64,000 nucleotides of DNA from Blastocystis sp. Blastoise. Taxonomy: Eukaryota; Protista; Bigyra: Opalinata. The translations under genes and the position numbers were made by a program. The first letter of the stretch is position 1. Each line of letters begins with the position of its first letter. The notes beneath the pieces were generated by a model. That model searched no databases. It was not told where the DNA came from and was given only the letters and a program-made list of their open reading frames with translations. The stretch is taken from assembly GCA_039096225.1 (NCBI GenBank), contig JBBPEB010000028.1, forward strand, positions 682,001-746,000, given 5' to 3'. This document shows positions 31,630 to 53,878 of this stretch, piece by piece.

Positions 31630-33168
31630 TTAAGCTCTTCCCCACACTTCATAATCTTCCACTTGAAACTTGTTGTCAGCGTCAATATTACCAGTATTTA
31701 CAAATAATGATGATTTCTGAGGAGCATCTATTGTAGCATAAAACCGTGAATTACAGGAAGAATCAGTATTGCTATGACATTTATCAGATATATAGATACC
31801 ATAACCGTATCCAAATGTTGGACCATAAGAAGAACAACAGCATATACTATAACTATTCTTTGAATAATCATATTTAGTAGGAGGAATATTATGTTCATTA
31901 CTTAATGTAAATAAAAAATCTCCATAGGAAGATTTCCAGTCTATAGAAGAAATATATTGAATAATTAATATTAAATAAATAAATATACAACCTGAACTAT
32001 CCCAACTTTTATTTGTATACCCTCCAAATATATTCATATGATTATTATGACCGATATGTTTGATTATAGAAACTGTTTCTCCTTGATTATCACAATACTT
32101 ATGGAATTCACTTGCTAAATAATTATGCTCACTTGCTCTAAATAATAATTTCCATTTCTGTCTATAACCAAGCCAATTTACTAATGGAGTTTCAAAACAT
32201 TTCTTCTTAAGTATAGTGGAGTTCATAAATACAGTTGCATTTTCATTCATATTTGCTTTGGCAGCTTCTTTTCCTTCTTTTCCAAATAAATCAAACAGTT
32301 CTTTCTCTAATAGTTTTTTATCAATTTTTTCATAACTTTCATCATCAATAAAAATACATTCATTAAGTGCAAAACAATCAATATAATAAATATATTCATA
32401 ATTCTTCTTTATAAGCATTTCATTATTCTTTTCATCATAATCTACATATCCATCATCATATTCATTAATAAAATTAGGCCATAATCTATTTCTCCTCTTT
32501 AAGTAATCTCTTAATATATCATCTTTCTTATCATTTACATACAGAATAACATCATCACCTTCTTTATATAGTACCATATAATGATCAGTTTTATAAAAGC
32601 CCTTTACAAATTCTTCAGGAATAGGTAAATTACAATATTCAAACATTCTTAATAAATCAATTTGATCACTCAAACTTAACTTATCAATATTAACTTTCTT
32701 ATTCATTAAAGAATAAATTAATAAAGGAGCTACTGCTTCATCACTAGGATAATCTAAATAAATATGGCCATCAATAGTCTTTATATCTTCTTGAGAATAC
32801 TCATACAGAAGACTTCCTACTAAACTATTTGTTATTCGTTTAGGAAGAGAATAAACTGGACCATTACTTGTAAATCGAATATAATCAATTCCATTATCAT
32901 TATTATTCATAGTAGCATCATTTTCATAAATATGTGAAGATTCTTGGATAATTATATGTGGATCATCACCATTCTTATCATTCATTCCTTCGCAATTTCG
33001 TGTTAATCGATTCACTAATTCATTCACTGACTCACCTGAGTGAACACAGAAACTTATTGACTTACTTAAAACACCAATCAAATCACCAATCAGTCTCTCA
33101 AAGTGAATCACATCCTTCTGAATATCACCAATCTTATTCGTATCAAATTCTACCTTCTCTTTCACCAT
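31630..33168 (-). CDS. TLDc-domain protein with N-terminal BTB/POZ-like region
   Basis: The C-terminus KWKLLFRASEH...EFHKYCDNQGETV...NIFGGYT...FLFTL...GPTFG...FQVEDYEVW is a TLDc domain. The ATG is at 33168, and a 48-nt in-frame GT-AG intron lies at 31941-31988. Confidence 0.88.
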   Translation of the reverse strand: MVKEKVEFDTNKIGDIQKDVIHFERLIGDLIGVLSKSISFCVHSGESVNELVNRLTRNCEGMNDKNGDDPHIIIQESSHIYENDATMNNNDNGIDYIRFTSNGPVYSLPKRITNSLVGSLLYEYSQEDIKTIDGHIYLDYPSDEAVAPLLIYSLMNKKVNIDKLSLSDQIDLLRMFEYCNLPIPEEFVKGFYKTDHYMVLYKEGDDVILYVNDKKDDILRDYLKRRNRLWPNFINEYDDGYVDYDEKNNEMLIKKNYEYIYYIDCFALNECIFIDDESYEKIDKKLLEKELFDLFGKEGKEAAKANMNENATVFMNSTILKKKCFETPLVNWLGYRQKWKLLFRASEHNYLASEFHKYCDNQGETVSIIKHIGHNNHMNIFGGYTNKSWDSSGCIFIYLILIIQYISSIDWKSSYGDFLFTLSNEHNIPPTKYDYSKNSYSICCCSSYGPTFGYGYGIYISDKCHSNTDSSCNSRFYATIDAPQKSSLFVNTGNIDADNKFQVEDYEVWGRA

Positions 33169-34726
33169 TCTAAATAATAAAAGGAATGAAATCAACAAAA
33201 ATACCTTAAAGTCAATAAATGCGGTTATTTCTACAATATTTTTTTATTTCTTTATTATTCACTTATTTCTTATTTATAAATGCAATTATTGCATCAAGTG
33301 AAAATTAATGAACATGATATACATAAATATGCTATAAATTAAGTAGAATAAAAAGATCATTGTTCATGATCGGTTCGCAACTTACTCTAAATAGCTGGAT
33401 CATTGTGAATTATTTATATAGATTTTTTTAATAGTAAAACAATGTAATTATTTATCTCATAAGACTTATATGACTTGTATTATGTCTTCTAAGTCTCTTA
33501 GTTTTTCATAAATCTAGTTTTGCTTTTATTCATATGATTCTCATACATTTATACTTGATAATGAATAATCTTTAAAAGTATTATTATTATTATTTTCTTG
33601 TAATTGTTTCCATTTTTCTCACAGTATTTCATTCACTATTCTGTATTCATGTATTATATTTACAATATACGTTTCTATTTTTCAAATATATCTTTTCTAT
33701 AGCTTCTTTATACATTTATATCTCCTTCCTCATATATTTCCTGTTTCAGTACTATTATTCCTCTTCTGCATGTATTTCCACCCTCTTTATTGTCTGTGTT
33801 TTATATACAATTAATTATGATTGTCTACCAATTATTATTATTTATAATATGTTATCTATATATGTGATGAATAACAACTGTTTAAGAGATTCTATTCAAG
33901 AAGCTATTACCGTTAACATGAATATTGTTTGCTTATATATGTTATTGTACTAATTATGAGAATAAATATGAATAATTAGAATAATGTAATTTATATATAT
34001 TTATTCAATAGATCTCAATTCATATTCCTATTTAAAAATATTTATATAAAATGATATCATAAGAATGGAGTAATTAGAATTTTAGTGCTGTTTTTATTAC
34101 TAGAAGTGTATTTTATTAGAAAACCAATTTTTTGTTAACATTTATAATTCATATAATTCCAGAAAAATTTATTCTTACTTCTTTTTAATTATTGATTATA
34201 ATTATTAGCGAACTATTGTATACTAGTTCTGAACAATTAATTCAATTATATATATATATATGTATTTTCTCATATATTTCTGATATGTTCATTATAAAGC
34301 TATTGAATAAAGTTGGCTAACTATATATATAAACTATTAATTGAATTATAAATAATCAAAAAATAGCACATAATTTTGATCTTCTTAATATATAAAAAAG
34401 TCTAAACAAAGTTATTTATTCTTCTCTTTTATTCTTTTTATGAAATGACCAATTTCTATAAGATTATTATTGTAACCCATAAAAGTATATATCATTGTAA
34501 TAATAATCCTCTAGGAATATTTATTATTATGAAGGAATAACAAAGTACTTCAATAAAGGATTCATAATAAACGCTAAATAAATGTTATGATACTCTTAAC
34601 ACAATAATTTGTATTGTGTTCAACAACAATTATTGCTATTATATTAAATAAAAAAATTATGAAAGGAAAATAGATAATATTAATTGTAATAAATAAAGAT
34701 AAAAAATGCATATAAATAATTTTAAT

Positions 34727-37700
34727 TTATCTGAATATATATTTGACGTGATTCTCTTGAATAAATGAAGAGTCATTTAATTGTTGTTTAAATATATTAA
34801 TTTTATAACGTGAAATATCGTTACCTATAATAAATTTATATATAAATATAAGTATGTATATATACTTGGGTAAAAAGCAACTTCTTTTAGTTTAGGAATT
34901 TCTCCAAGAATAATAGAATTTATAATTTTTGATAATTGTTGTTCAGAAAAAATATCTATAACAATAAATCATAATATAGCATAATCATATAGGCATACAT
35001 ATTTCTAGATATCTTAAATTATGAGTTTTATTTTCATTTATACATTCGATTAATGTTTCTATCTCAAATTTATTCATTACATCACCTATATATATATATA
35101 ATATTAAATATATATATATATACTTAATGTAGACATAATTGTATCCACTGCTGTTTTGATATCGTGTTTACATCGAAAAACAGAAGTATTAGGATCATAT
35201 ATATAATCATCATGATGAATTATATCTATAGAATTATTATTATAACGAATATAAATATGAATATTATTATTATAAATATATACTACTTAATTGAATAGTA
35301 CTTGTTAATTGAAAGTTATTATTATTTATATACTCAAATATTCTTTCCATAAAATCATTCCACCATTTCTTATCCCATTTTTTACCTGTAGATATATATA
35401 ATATATTAATGAAAAAATATATATAGTCTATAATATATAATTATTAATCTATATGATAATAGATAATTATGAATATTTATTATAATATATAATTATTAAT
35501 ATATATTATAATATATAATAATTATTCGATACTATAACATATAATTACTATTCTATACAATAATATAGTTAAAATTATATACCAAACTTGATAGATTTTA
35601 ATTGAGGGAAATTGCTTGTAGTATAGAGTTCACAAAAGTTATTATCAGGTATATCATCAATATCTATATTCATATTCATATAAAAGATGTTAAAAAATAT
35701 ATAAATATAATATAATTAAAGAATTATATTGTCATAATAATATATGTATATACTGAAGTATAATTGAGTTGTATTATGGAACCAACCTTTGGGAATTAAT
35801 CGATTTATAAACGTCATATTAGCTTTATAATAATAGTAAAATTAATTTTATTATTTTCATTAATAATTATGATAATATATATAATTACAGCATAGAGAAA
35901 CATTAGAAGCCTTAGGAATTATATTTTCCATGATATTTTCACATATAGTGAGATATTCTGATGATGTAACATTCTTTAGATCACTTACTATATATTTATG
36001 TATGTATATTATAATAAAATATACAATAACACGATAATTCATGAATAGAATATATAGTATTGTCTTTAAAAACACTAGATATCCATTTTAAATGTTCTAT
36101 ACTCATATTATCATCAACTATAAATGTTATATAAAGGATAATTATAATAATAATAATACATGATTATAGATATATATAATAATAATAATTATAATTATTA
36201 TTATTATTATAATAAATATACATGAAACTATAAAACTATTCAAATGTTGTAATATATTACGTTTTAAGAATTGTTCTAATAAATTCTTCATATCATCTTC
36301 TTCATTATCTATATATACAAATAATAATATAAAAAATATACATTAACTATATATTTATAAAATATAAATGAATACTTGTGAAGTAAATAGTTAAACACTC
36401 AATATTTTGTTTATAATTCTCAAAATAATCCAGTTTTTTAATATTGACAGAATCAGAAGTATCAACTTTATAAGATATATATATATAGATATATATAGAT
36501 ATATATATAATAATACTAATAAGATACTTAAGAATAATAAAGAAATATATCATACTACTTAGTTTATGAATGGAAATAAGATTGTTTTCTAGTAATTTAT
36601 TTAAATGAGGAAAATAATAAACTAAATCATCTATATAAAAAAAAAGAAACATAATTATATAGATAATTATATAGATAATTATAAATATATACCAATTCCA
36701 TCAATATGAATTGAGTGACTCGTTGCTAATGTTTCTAAAAAAGAAGCTATTTCTTGTTTTTGTTTAGAATCTATTGTATTTATTTTAATAGTATCAATTA
36801 TAGAGAGAAGACTCAAAGGAAAATGACTCTCAAATTGATGTATATCTAAAATGATATAAAATATATAAAATATATATGTATATATATATATTAATATACT
36901 TATTTCAGCAGTATTGTCTATAATATGTAATTTTGGAAAGTTTTCTTTCTTTATTGAAGATAATTCAAAGTAATCTATACATAATATATATACAATAATC
37001 ACATTTATATATATATTATGTTATTTAATATATATACAACGATCAAATTTATATATAAGTTCAGTAACATTTGGAAATATATGAGTTTCCATTATTTTGT
37101 TAAATAGATTATCATCAATTTCACGAGTCCAATGTTGAACTATATTATATAATAATATTGATAATAATAACTTTAAAAATATACTCCATATTATACTTAA
37201 TATCGTTATAGAATCAAAAACACCCTCTTCTAGTAATTTCAAAATTGTTATTGCTTCATATTTTGAATAATTAGCTATAATAAATTATTTAATATACTAT
37301 ATATTTATTATATATATTTATTTACAAGTTTCTGCCATTATTTGTGAAATAGATAAATAGGAAGGAAGACGTAATAATTGAGAGATACCGATTTTAGAAG
37401 ATACTCTACCAATACTATTTAATATATATTTAAATACACTCAGTATTATTTATAGAATATATTTATATAACTATAAATATTTACCAAAATATTTTATCAT
37501 TTGTTTCATCTATATATAATGATAATAAATTATATGATTTAAATATATATATACCATTATATTTAATTGTAACTTCATCAATACATGTATATTCATCTTC
37601 TATTTCACTTATTTCAACATTCGAATAATCATTTGTATATATAGCTTCATTAACTATATATTTATATAATTTAGGGTACTCACATTTTCGTCTTTTTCCA

Positions 37701-38717
37701 TTATAAGAATCAATAAATTCAGGGGGATAACTTATATGATTAAGATCTAAAGAAGAAATCTGATTATATTCATTCATATCGGATTCAGTATAATATTCAT
37801 ATTTTTCAGGATTCTCTATTTCATAGTAACATCTACCAAATAAACGTATATATTCCATTTTATATTCATCACTATTTGGATTTAATAATTGTTCACTTTT
37901 CTTATATTTTGTAGTTACTATATATAATATAATATATATAATAGTTATATATACCAGCTATCTTCAATTCTTTTAATGCTGGAAATATATCTTTTATATA
38001 GGATGGACATATATATTCTAATGGAATATTCGAAGAATATTCATCTATATAGATATTATTATTTATATATTTTAATATATATACAAATAATTTCAACTTC
38101 AGTAATATTCATCATTTTAAAAAGAAGAGAATAATATAAGAATTCATCTTTCCATTGAGGTGTAAATAATCCTATATATATATATAAAATAACATGATTA
38201 TAAATAATAATATAGAATTACCTCTTATACTTATTTTTGTTTTATATGAACTAAATATTTCCAAAGGTAGATTTGATGGGTGATTATTATTATAATATCC
38301 ATATATAATACATTTATTCTCTTTCCAATAATTATAGAATAACTCTCTAATATGAAATAATAAATCGCTTTGTTTTTCACTATCAATTTTAACTGAATAT
38401 TCAACAAGTATTTCATATATATCATAACTATCTTTCAAATTTAATGAAAAAATATCAATATTATCTTTCATCAAAAAAGAAATCACTTTTTCTAGGTGAA
38501 AAGGAAGTATATCGATATAATAACTACCATCTTCATATTTATCAGTACGTTCAATAATATTATAAAATGGAAATTGAGGATATTTCTCCATAAATTCTTT
38601 AGAAATCCATAATTTTGTCTCATCTTGAAACGTAAATAAGTCTATAAGCAAATAAATAGATCCTAATTAAATTAAAATACATTTTTCTTCAGTTAACTGA
38701 AATCCAATTGCTGACAT
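34727..38717 (-). CDS. Multi-exon BTB/POZ-like plus LRR-like (FPNL/FPKL repeat) protein of an expanded family
   Basis: Starts MSAIGFQLTEEK|..LFTFQDETKLWISKEFMEKYPQFPFYNII...YYIDI. The motifs IFPALKEL, IFPNVTEL, NFPKLHI and NFPQLKSI recur. It has many GT-AG introns, and the last exon ends HVKYIFR TAA. Confidence 0.75.
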
Positions 38718-39548
38718 CACTTAAATTCAACTAGAATGATAAAAAGATCATATATTAGTATGCTTAAAAACAATGTATTTACATATATAATAAATAAATA
38801 CCTTAAGAGAAGTTATATTATAATCAAATATATAATGAATCATCGAGATAAGAAGAGAAAACAAAACTTGCAAATTTTTGTTAAAAAAATCTTCATGAAA
38901 ATCAATTGAAAATGATTAAAGATTTGCAAAAAAACCGTGAATGTTTTTGCCGCGTATTTGCTTTATGATATATCTCTATTGAAATGAGTTATGAACATTT
39001 AGAGTATCCTTCTAAGCAGATGAATACAATATAGTTTTGCATTAAAGAAAGAATTTTTTGATAATAAAAAACTATTTGTTTATACATGTGTTCTTCTTTG
39101 TGATTCAAGCTTCGTAATGAATGTATTTGAACTTTTCGATATCCGCAGCAATAGCCACATATCTCTAAATCTTCATTCAATGCTGTAAATTACCATTTGT
39201 GAAGAAGTTGTATATTATTCAGTCATTTAAACATTTTTGTGTTATACACATATATATCTTTAGTCTGTTTCTGCAATAATAATGAATGATACAAGCGTAC
39301 AATGATAAAAAAAACTCATTTAGTGTAATACTCGATATATATATGTATTAAGAATCATTATAGGTTTAAAACATCATTTCTAATGTATGAATAGGAGTAT
39401 TAAATGATTCACATAAAACAATCTTTCAGAGGTTTGTGAAGAAATATGATTATAGTTTTTTATTATAGTTTTTTAGTATAGTTTTTTATTATAGTTTTTT
39501 TTCCATTTTGAAATAGTATTATTATTATATTGTTTTACACATATATAA

Positions 39549-41094
39549 ATGTACATTATAAACAAGATATTAAAAAATAAAGAATCTACAAAGAGCGAAC
39601 ACAAGGAGAGTAGTATTTATGTATCACTCTAAATATATGTCATTTTTATATAGTTCAATTTATATTTCAAGACGAATCAAAAGTGTCTATTCCATTATCG
39701 ATACTAAATCAATATTCCGAGTCCTTGTTATCAATAGTAGCTCACAATTCAAGCAGTTACCTTGAAGATGATCATGCATATTTTGTTGATGCGCCTTCTC
39801 TAGCAATTGATAAACTGATTCAGTATATGAACGACAAATTATCAATAAAGGAAATGTCAATTAATGTGTTAATTGACTTGTACAAAACTATAGAATACTA
39901 TTTTGTAGAAGATAATTTATATAAATCAAAACTCTATGATCGTCTCACTGAAATATTTAATGATTTCTTGAATAGAAGCAACTGTCAAGTGTACATTTTA
40001 TTATTATATTAAAATAACTACGTCTATAATAGGGTTTCTGATTCAATTTACCAAAATAAAGATGTAGAAATAAATATAGATAGTATATATATTTTAATAA
40101 TACTTATTTCTTTTTATTGTTTCTTATATTTAGATGGTTTTACCGATAATTCAGAGAAACTCTTTAAGAAATACTCTAAAATTTTTGATTTCTTTAATGT
40201 AACAACTGTAACTAGTGATCGTATATATAAATTAATATATATATAAATTTAAGATATATATATATATTATATTTATAGTTATTTTTTCTGATGATATTCG
40301 TAGTGAAGAAATGTATCCATCAAATTTATTGGAAATATTCCCCAAAATTAAAAAATATAACCTTAAGTGTATATATATATATAAATGATTATTTTTTGAT
40401 TATTTTTTTGATATTTCCTTATGGATTATATTATAAATAAGTATATAGTTTATGTTAATATATTATTAATATATTATTAATAAATACTTACTGATATATC
40501 TATTTTTGTTAATATTATAATAAATAGTAGTAATTTACTAATTATTTCATAGTGTCCTATTTCCCTAAAGATCAAGAGATATGTATACCTCCTTCTGATC
40601 CTCATTATACTCTATTATACAAGGAATATAAACGATTATATTATAAAAACTATTATCCTGAAGCTTATAAACAATATAATCACGATTATCCTCAAATCTA
40701 TTCAAATTCCTTGAGTGATACAGACATACATATATTAGAATCAAATAATAATGGGAATATGAAAGAAAAGAATAGCAATAAAATTATTATTCATCATGAA
40801 ATTATACCTATAGATATCGATAAGGAAATTCAGAATGAAAAAGAAGAAGAGAAACCTGATTTATACATAGTTTCCCTTTCTGATTATTCCCGCGAATATG
40901 ATGATGATCAGTGGGCATTAGAAGAAGATGATCTTGATTTAGATAATTTGAAATCTACTATTATTGAATTCTCTTTTATAGATGATGATGATAGTATATA
41001 TATATATATATATTAAAAAGTTTATATTAATTATTTATTATTTTATAGATAGAGATATTTTACATCCAATTTTAACGTAATCATATTTTTATAG

Positions 41095-41146
<52 letters not shown>

Positions 41147-42674
41147 TGATATATTATTATTATTTAAATATTTTATTATTATTATATTTATTATTCTATA
41201 TAGAATACCTGATAATACATCTATTGATATATTGAGTTATATATTATCTATTCCTATTTGTAAACAATTGAAAGCAATTAATTATAAAGGCATATTATAG
41301 TAATAATAATAATAATCATAATAATAATCTATAGATCAACCTAGAAACAAGTTACAAATAAACATACCCCAATTATTAAAGGCAGTAAACGATGGAATTA
41401 TAGATTTTCCACAGCAATTAGATTTTTATTATTGTATATATTTATATATATTTACTAGAGTTCACTTTATAGTTGTCAAATATGGTGATTACCCTGAATA
41501 TATACAATTATTTAAGGATTTAATTACAACTCGTGTATTTCCAAATGTTACTACACTTGTGATTTGTATATATATAATGTTTTATTATTATTAAATTTAT
41601 TATTATATTTATTATTATATTTATTATATAAACTTAATATATGAATATAAATTAATAATAATAATTATACAGCTTCTGCTGATAATGATACCTATATAAT
41701 GTTAAAAGACATTCTTCCTTTAATAACAAGAGAACATTTCCCTAATTTACATATATATGATATAACAAAAAGACCTAAATATACATATTTAGATCCTTCA
41801 GAAAATATTACGCATTATATTCTTCCCATTTCTCTTATTTTATTAGTAGATACAATAATTGTTTCTAATGATATTAGAGACAGTTCTATGGATATATTAA
41901 ATGATAATGTTTATAACAATTTTATCACTGCTAAACAAAGCCATGATTTTACTGTAGAAGGTATATATATATTTGTATATATATTTTATATATTTATATG
42001 TTATAATTCTATATTTAATATATTTATATGTTATAATTCTATATATAGTATATTTATATATTATAATTCTATATTTAATATATTTATATATTATAATTCT
42101 ATATTTAATATATTTATATATTATAATTCTATATTTAATATATTTATATATTATATTTCTATATTTAGTATGTTTATGTGCTGAAAAGCTTACTGATTCT
42201 TGGAACGAACTTTGTAATCAAGGAATACTAAAAGTTAACTATATGTATTCAGATTTTTATAATTTAGATAAAAAAGAGTATGATTTATCGTTAATTGATT
42301 TGAGTAGATATGATTATAAACAGTTTATTCTTAGTATACAAATATATATCTATATAATAATAATAATTACACAAATGTAGTTATTCTATATATATATATA
42401 TATATATATATTATAGCAATTGATATCAGCCAAGAACAGCCAATAGAAATGCTCAAAAATCAATATTCAAAACTACTTAACAAGAATATAAATGAAATTT
42501 ATTTACTATGTATATTTTTTATAAATCAATTAATATATATATATATATATATATACTAAATAGTTGATTATAATGATGATGATGAAAAAAATATTTACTA
42601 TTTTAATGAATATTTTTCTATTTTTAATAAAGAAAACTATCAATCTGTTACTAACCTAACCATTCGTATATATA

Positions 42675-42720
<46 letters not shown>

Positions 42721-43957
42721 TGATATATTATTATATAATAGATGAGAGTATTTTATATATGGATAATCCACGAGAACTAAATGATATATCTGAAAAAGAT
42801 TTAAATTCTATATATAACTATTTTCAACGATTTACAAGTAATATTATTGAATTAGATCTAAAATGTATATATACATATATATATTTAACAACAATAATTA
42901 ATATAATAAGCTAAGTTAATTATAATCAATAGCATATTTCTTTATTGGATGCTTATTTTTGCTTAAAAACAGTAAGAAACTTGATTTATGGAAAAATATA
43001 CAAACATTGAGTCTTAGTTTTCGTAAATTTTTAAAATTAAAAAAATAAGAATACTTTTAATTAATATATATATATATATAGCCAATTATATAGTTCTTAA
43101 GGATTTATTAATGAGTATTTTCAGTTATTTTAAAGATCATAAATTATCTACATTGAAATCTTTACAAATTTCTGAAACTTATATGAGTATATATATATTT
43201 ATATTTATATATATATATAGATTCAAGAGGAGTTGATATTAGCCCAATTTTTCAATTTATAAATAAATTTAAAGATAGTTCAATAACACTTCCAAATCTA
43301 AAGGAACTTCAAATACAGTTTGGTTTCTATTGTATATATATATACTATTTATATTCATGTATAAATCATTATATTAAATAAATAAATAAGTTTTCCTATC
43401 TAATTATATAATTCTAATTTGCTATTTGATATATATCTAGATGATGATGACTATGCATTGAAAATTAATGTTTTTGATAGTTTTCCTAGCCTTCAATATT
43501 ATTTACATAGACCAGTCACTTCTATTCGTATGATTGTATATAGTCATGATAGTTCTGAGAATTTTGAGTTTTATTGTAATTATATATATGAACAACTCAA
43601 ATTAGATTATACAAAAAATATTCAAGTTCTATTATTATGTATATATATATATTATTATAGAATAAAAATAAAATTCTCTATTCATGTAAAAATTATTATA
43701 TTTTATTTGTAGGCATAGATAACAAAACAATTTTGGATAACATTATTCATTTAATAACAGTGAATACATATCCTTATCTTCGAGAATTGTTTATTTATAT
43801 TACTGGTATTTAGATATATATATATTGATTATTTTAATTATATATATATATAAAATTATTCTATATAGAAGATACTGATCAAAATGAATTAGATCATACT
43901 TTATCTTTATATAAGACGACCTATAATCCTCAATTAAAATATGTTTTTTATTTGTAA
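39549..43957 (+). CDS. Paralogous multi-exon BTB/POZ-like plus LRR-like protein
   Basis: Contains FIFQDESKVSIPLSILNQYSESLL...AYFVDAP, VFPNVTTL, ITREHFPNLHIYD and LPNLKEL, collinear with the minus-strand paralog. It ends LKYVFYL TAA. The start codon is tentative. Confidence 0.75.
41988..42170. repeat. 30-bp intronic minisatellite, ~6 units
   Basis: TATTTATATRTTATAATTCTATATTTAATA repeats between the donor at 41961 and the acceptor at ~42168. Confidence 0.85.
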
Positions 43958-44384
43958 TAAGTCTATATATATGTTACTTTTGCTTTGCCTTATATTTTTT
44001 TAATTTTTATTGTTGAAAATAGTCTCATTTGTTTTCATATTTATTAGTTTCATATAATGAAATATGTATATATATTATTTTAATTTGTTTACTAGTATTA
44101 ATTATTAAAAAAATTGTTCTTTAGGGAATATATATTGTTTTTCTTTTTCTATATAAGTATATAATAAAACAAGCAATGTATAATGAAATATTATGTAAAC
44201 ACTTTAGAAAACTATATAGATATATATTGATTAGTGGTGACACAATTAAAACAATATTATGGCAACAAAACACAATCATTAATTTAATGTCAAACAAATA
44301 AATCTTATATATGATTAATGCATATATAACGATTAGTTAAGAAATCAAGGAGTAGATTTTATACTAGACTTGATTAAATTTTAT

Positions 44385-44421
<37 letters not shown>

Positions 44422-45115
44422 CAATTAATAGCTTGAAAGCAAGAAAAAGTAGCTATCTAGTATAAGTTATACTATATATATTTTATATGTATAAATACAA
44501 TAATCATTATTAAAATGTATAACATAATAATCATAATATATTATATATAAAATAAGAATAAAATATGAAATAGCAAACTAAAGGAAAATATTAACTATGA
44601 TATATAAAAGTACACATGTAATACATAATAAAACTATCTTCTGTTTATATTTCTATATATATATATTTATGCTTATACTGACAAATATGTCATTGTTTTC
44701 AAAAAGAAATATATATAATATAGAAAAAAGAAATGATAGATATGTATATAAATAATAAAGGTAGCAAGTATAAGTGATAATAATATTTAAAAAATATTAT
44801 TTTCTTGATCATGAATAATTACAATATGTGAATATCAGTAATTATAAAGATAAAAATAATAATTGTAGATATGAATAAAAAAGAAATAAATATAGGATAT
44901 TATTTTAATATAAATAGAAAAATTATCTAAAATTGAGTATAGAATGAAATAGAGTGCAAAAGTAACTACAGATACTTATAGATTATGAAATATATACTAC
45001 AAAGCATAGACTCTTTATTAGTTACAAATAAAAAGAAAACATAAATAAAAAATATAAATAATAGATAATAATGATGAATATAAAAATTATTATTAATTCA
45101 TATGAATATATCTCA

Positions 45116-51314
<6,199 letters not shown>

Positions 51315-52745
51315 TGTATATACTTTGTTTTATCAAAAATATAAAAAATATCTGTCGGAAAAACGGTTGATAAACCCATGTTTCTCGTTTTTAATTTTGT
51401 ATTCTTTTAGAATCACATAATAATTGTGATTCTTACGGAAAAGTAAAGAAAAACAACCAAAAAACCATTTTTTCACAATGGAGAAACAAACAACAATAAC
51501 AGAGAAATATGAGTAACTTTATAATATTGCCTAATGTGATGCAATCAAAATGAAATTTATTAAATTTTACTAACGCTTGTATTCTGAAAATCACTTGAAA
51601 TAGCAAATAAGTTGTTTTGAGAAAAAAAATACAAAATCATGTAATTAGTAATTGAATTTCAGAGTTAAGTATCTTAATATAATAGTAAATATCTTACTCT
51701 ATATTTTTAGTCCATCCAGATAGAGGATAATTATAGTTTGCATGGATAATCGACATAAAGTTGTATTAGTTTCATGTGATTATTATGCAGATAGTTCTTT
51801 CAAATAATTTGTGTTCAAATAATTATTATTATAGAATGTTTATGTACATTTCGTTTATAACTATATGTATAGTCTGAATTCTTGGATAATATTAATTATT
51901 GAATATCTTCACAAATATCTCTGTATTTATATTGATGAAATGTTTGTATTAAAAAAAAACAAGTAAGTTATGATTCCATTTGATAATGGTCATTTTTCGT
52001 TGTTTATTCTTTTTTTTTTACTATTTTTAAATCATTAATAATACTGTAAATTCTTAGAATGTATACTCAAGAAGATTTAAATACGATTCAACGAAATAAA
52101 CCTAAATTTATTCAACTCTTATTATTATCAGCATTATTCTAGTAAAAAAAAATTATTATTATTGAGTTTGTCACTCATATAGAGTATTTATATTATTTGT
52201 AATGAATTTATTAATGATGTAGAAACCAAAATGAGGATATGAGTCAATTAAAAGCATAAGCATCCTTTGTATAAATCTTTCTAAGATGCCTAGCATATAT
52301 ATTAATTAAATATTTACCCGATAAATTATATTTTAAAGAATTTTGAATCTCTTCTTTTCTAACAATAAATTTAAAGATATAAAAAGGATACTTTATTCTT
52401 CTGTTTCATTAGAATTCTTTTTTACACGTCATCCAGCTGGTTTTTAACATATTTATTTATATGGTCTAGAATTCAAATTTCTTCTGCTTAAAGCCATCGA
52501 AAGTAACAAAGATAATAGTTGGCATTTCATGAAGAATTCTTAAGACTTATCATTTAAAACAAATAAAAAGAATATCCAATCAAAAATGTCACATGAAATT
52601 AATTCCACTGGAAGACTATTCTTTGGAATTCTTTTCTGGACGTTTTGATTTGGTGTTTTTTCTATTTTTGCTTTTCATGAAAATAAAAATCGAAATGGAT
52701 TCATAATTAATTTATATTAGATTTTCTTTGTTTTTATCTAAACTA

Positions 52746-53845
52746 ATGTTATATTTAGAAAGTGTATGTTTATAGGTAATCACTATAACAATATATAGAT
52801 ATCCAATCCTGTTGGAAGTTGTGATGTTGAGACACTTGGTGGTAAAGGGTATTCATTGGTAAAATTAACAAAAGGTGGTTTTCCTGTTCCTGGAGGCTTT
52901 ATTATAACCACTGAAGGCTATAGAGCTTTTGAATCAAAGCTTTGTTTGACTGAGAAATATAAGGACGTTCACTTACGTACTACTTTTTCTCTTCAAGATG
53001 CTGAAGATATTAGTGAAGAAATCATTGCGTTATTTAGACAAAGTCCATTTCCTGATGAATACTTGGATGATATAAAAGCATATATTCTAAAGATGAAGAA
53101 TAATCCGTTATTTGACATCAATTTCGTGGCAATTCGTTCTTCTGCAACAACTGAGGATCTTGGAGATGCTTCTTTTGCTGGTATGCATGATACTATTATT
53201 AATGTGCCTATTGAAATGGATGCAATTGAAAAGAATGTTATTGAATGTTGGGCATCATTATATACTCCTCGTGCAATTCTGTATCGATATGAAAAACATT
53301 TCCCTATTATTGATTCCTCTATTGCTGTTGTAGTTCAAAGAATGGTACCCTCTCAAAAGTCTGGTGTTATATTTTCCTGTGATCCTGAAACAAGTTCTCG
53401 AGAACATATTTCTTTAGATGGAGTTTTAGGATTAGGTGAAGCTTTAGTAAGTGGAATGGTAAGTACAGATCATTGGTCTATACGTAAACATTTCCCTATT
53501 TCTTATAATAAGACAGAATTAAAGATTGTTGAAAGTATTATTAATACTCAACAATATGCTTTATATACAAAGAAAGAAGGAGGTACAGAAAAGAGGGAAT
53601 TGGGTGAAGAAGGAAAGAAACCCTGTTTTACTGAAGAAGAAGTAGGTTTTTATTTATTATTATTATTATTCTGTATATAATTATTAATATATATATTTTT
53701 TGTATAGATATATAAAATAAGTCAGTATTCAGTTGATGTTGAGAAATATTATGGAAAACCGATGGATATGGAGTTTTGTATATATAAAGATCAAATCTAT
53801 TTAGTTCAAGCAAGACCTATTACTACTTTATTAGAAATACCTGAT

Positions 53846-53878
<33 letters not shown>

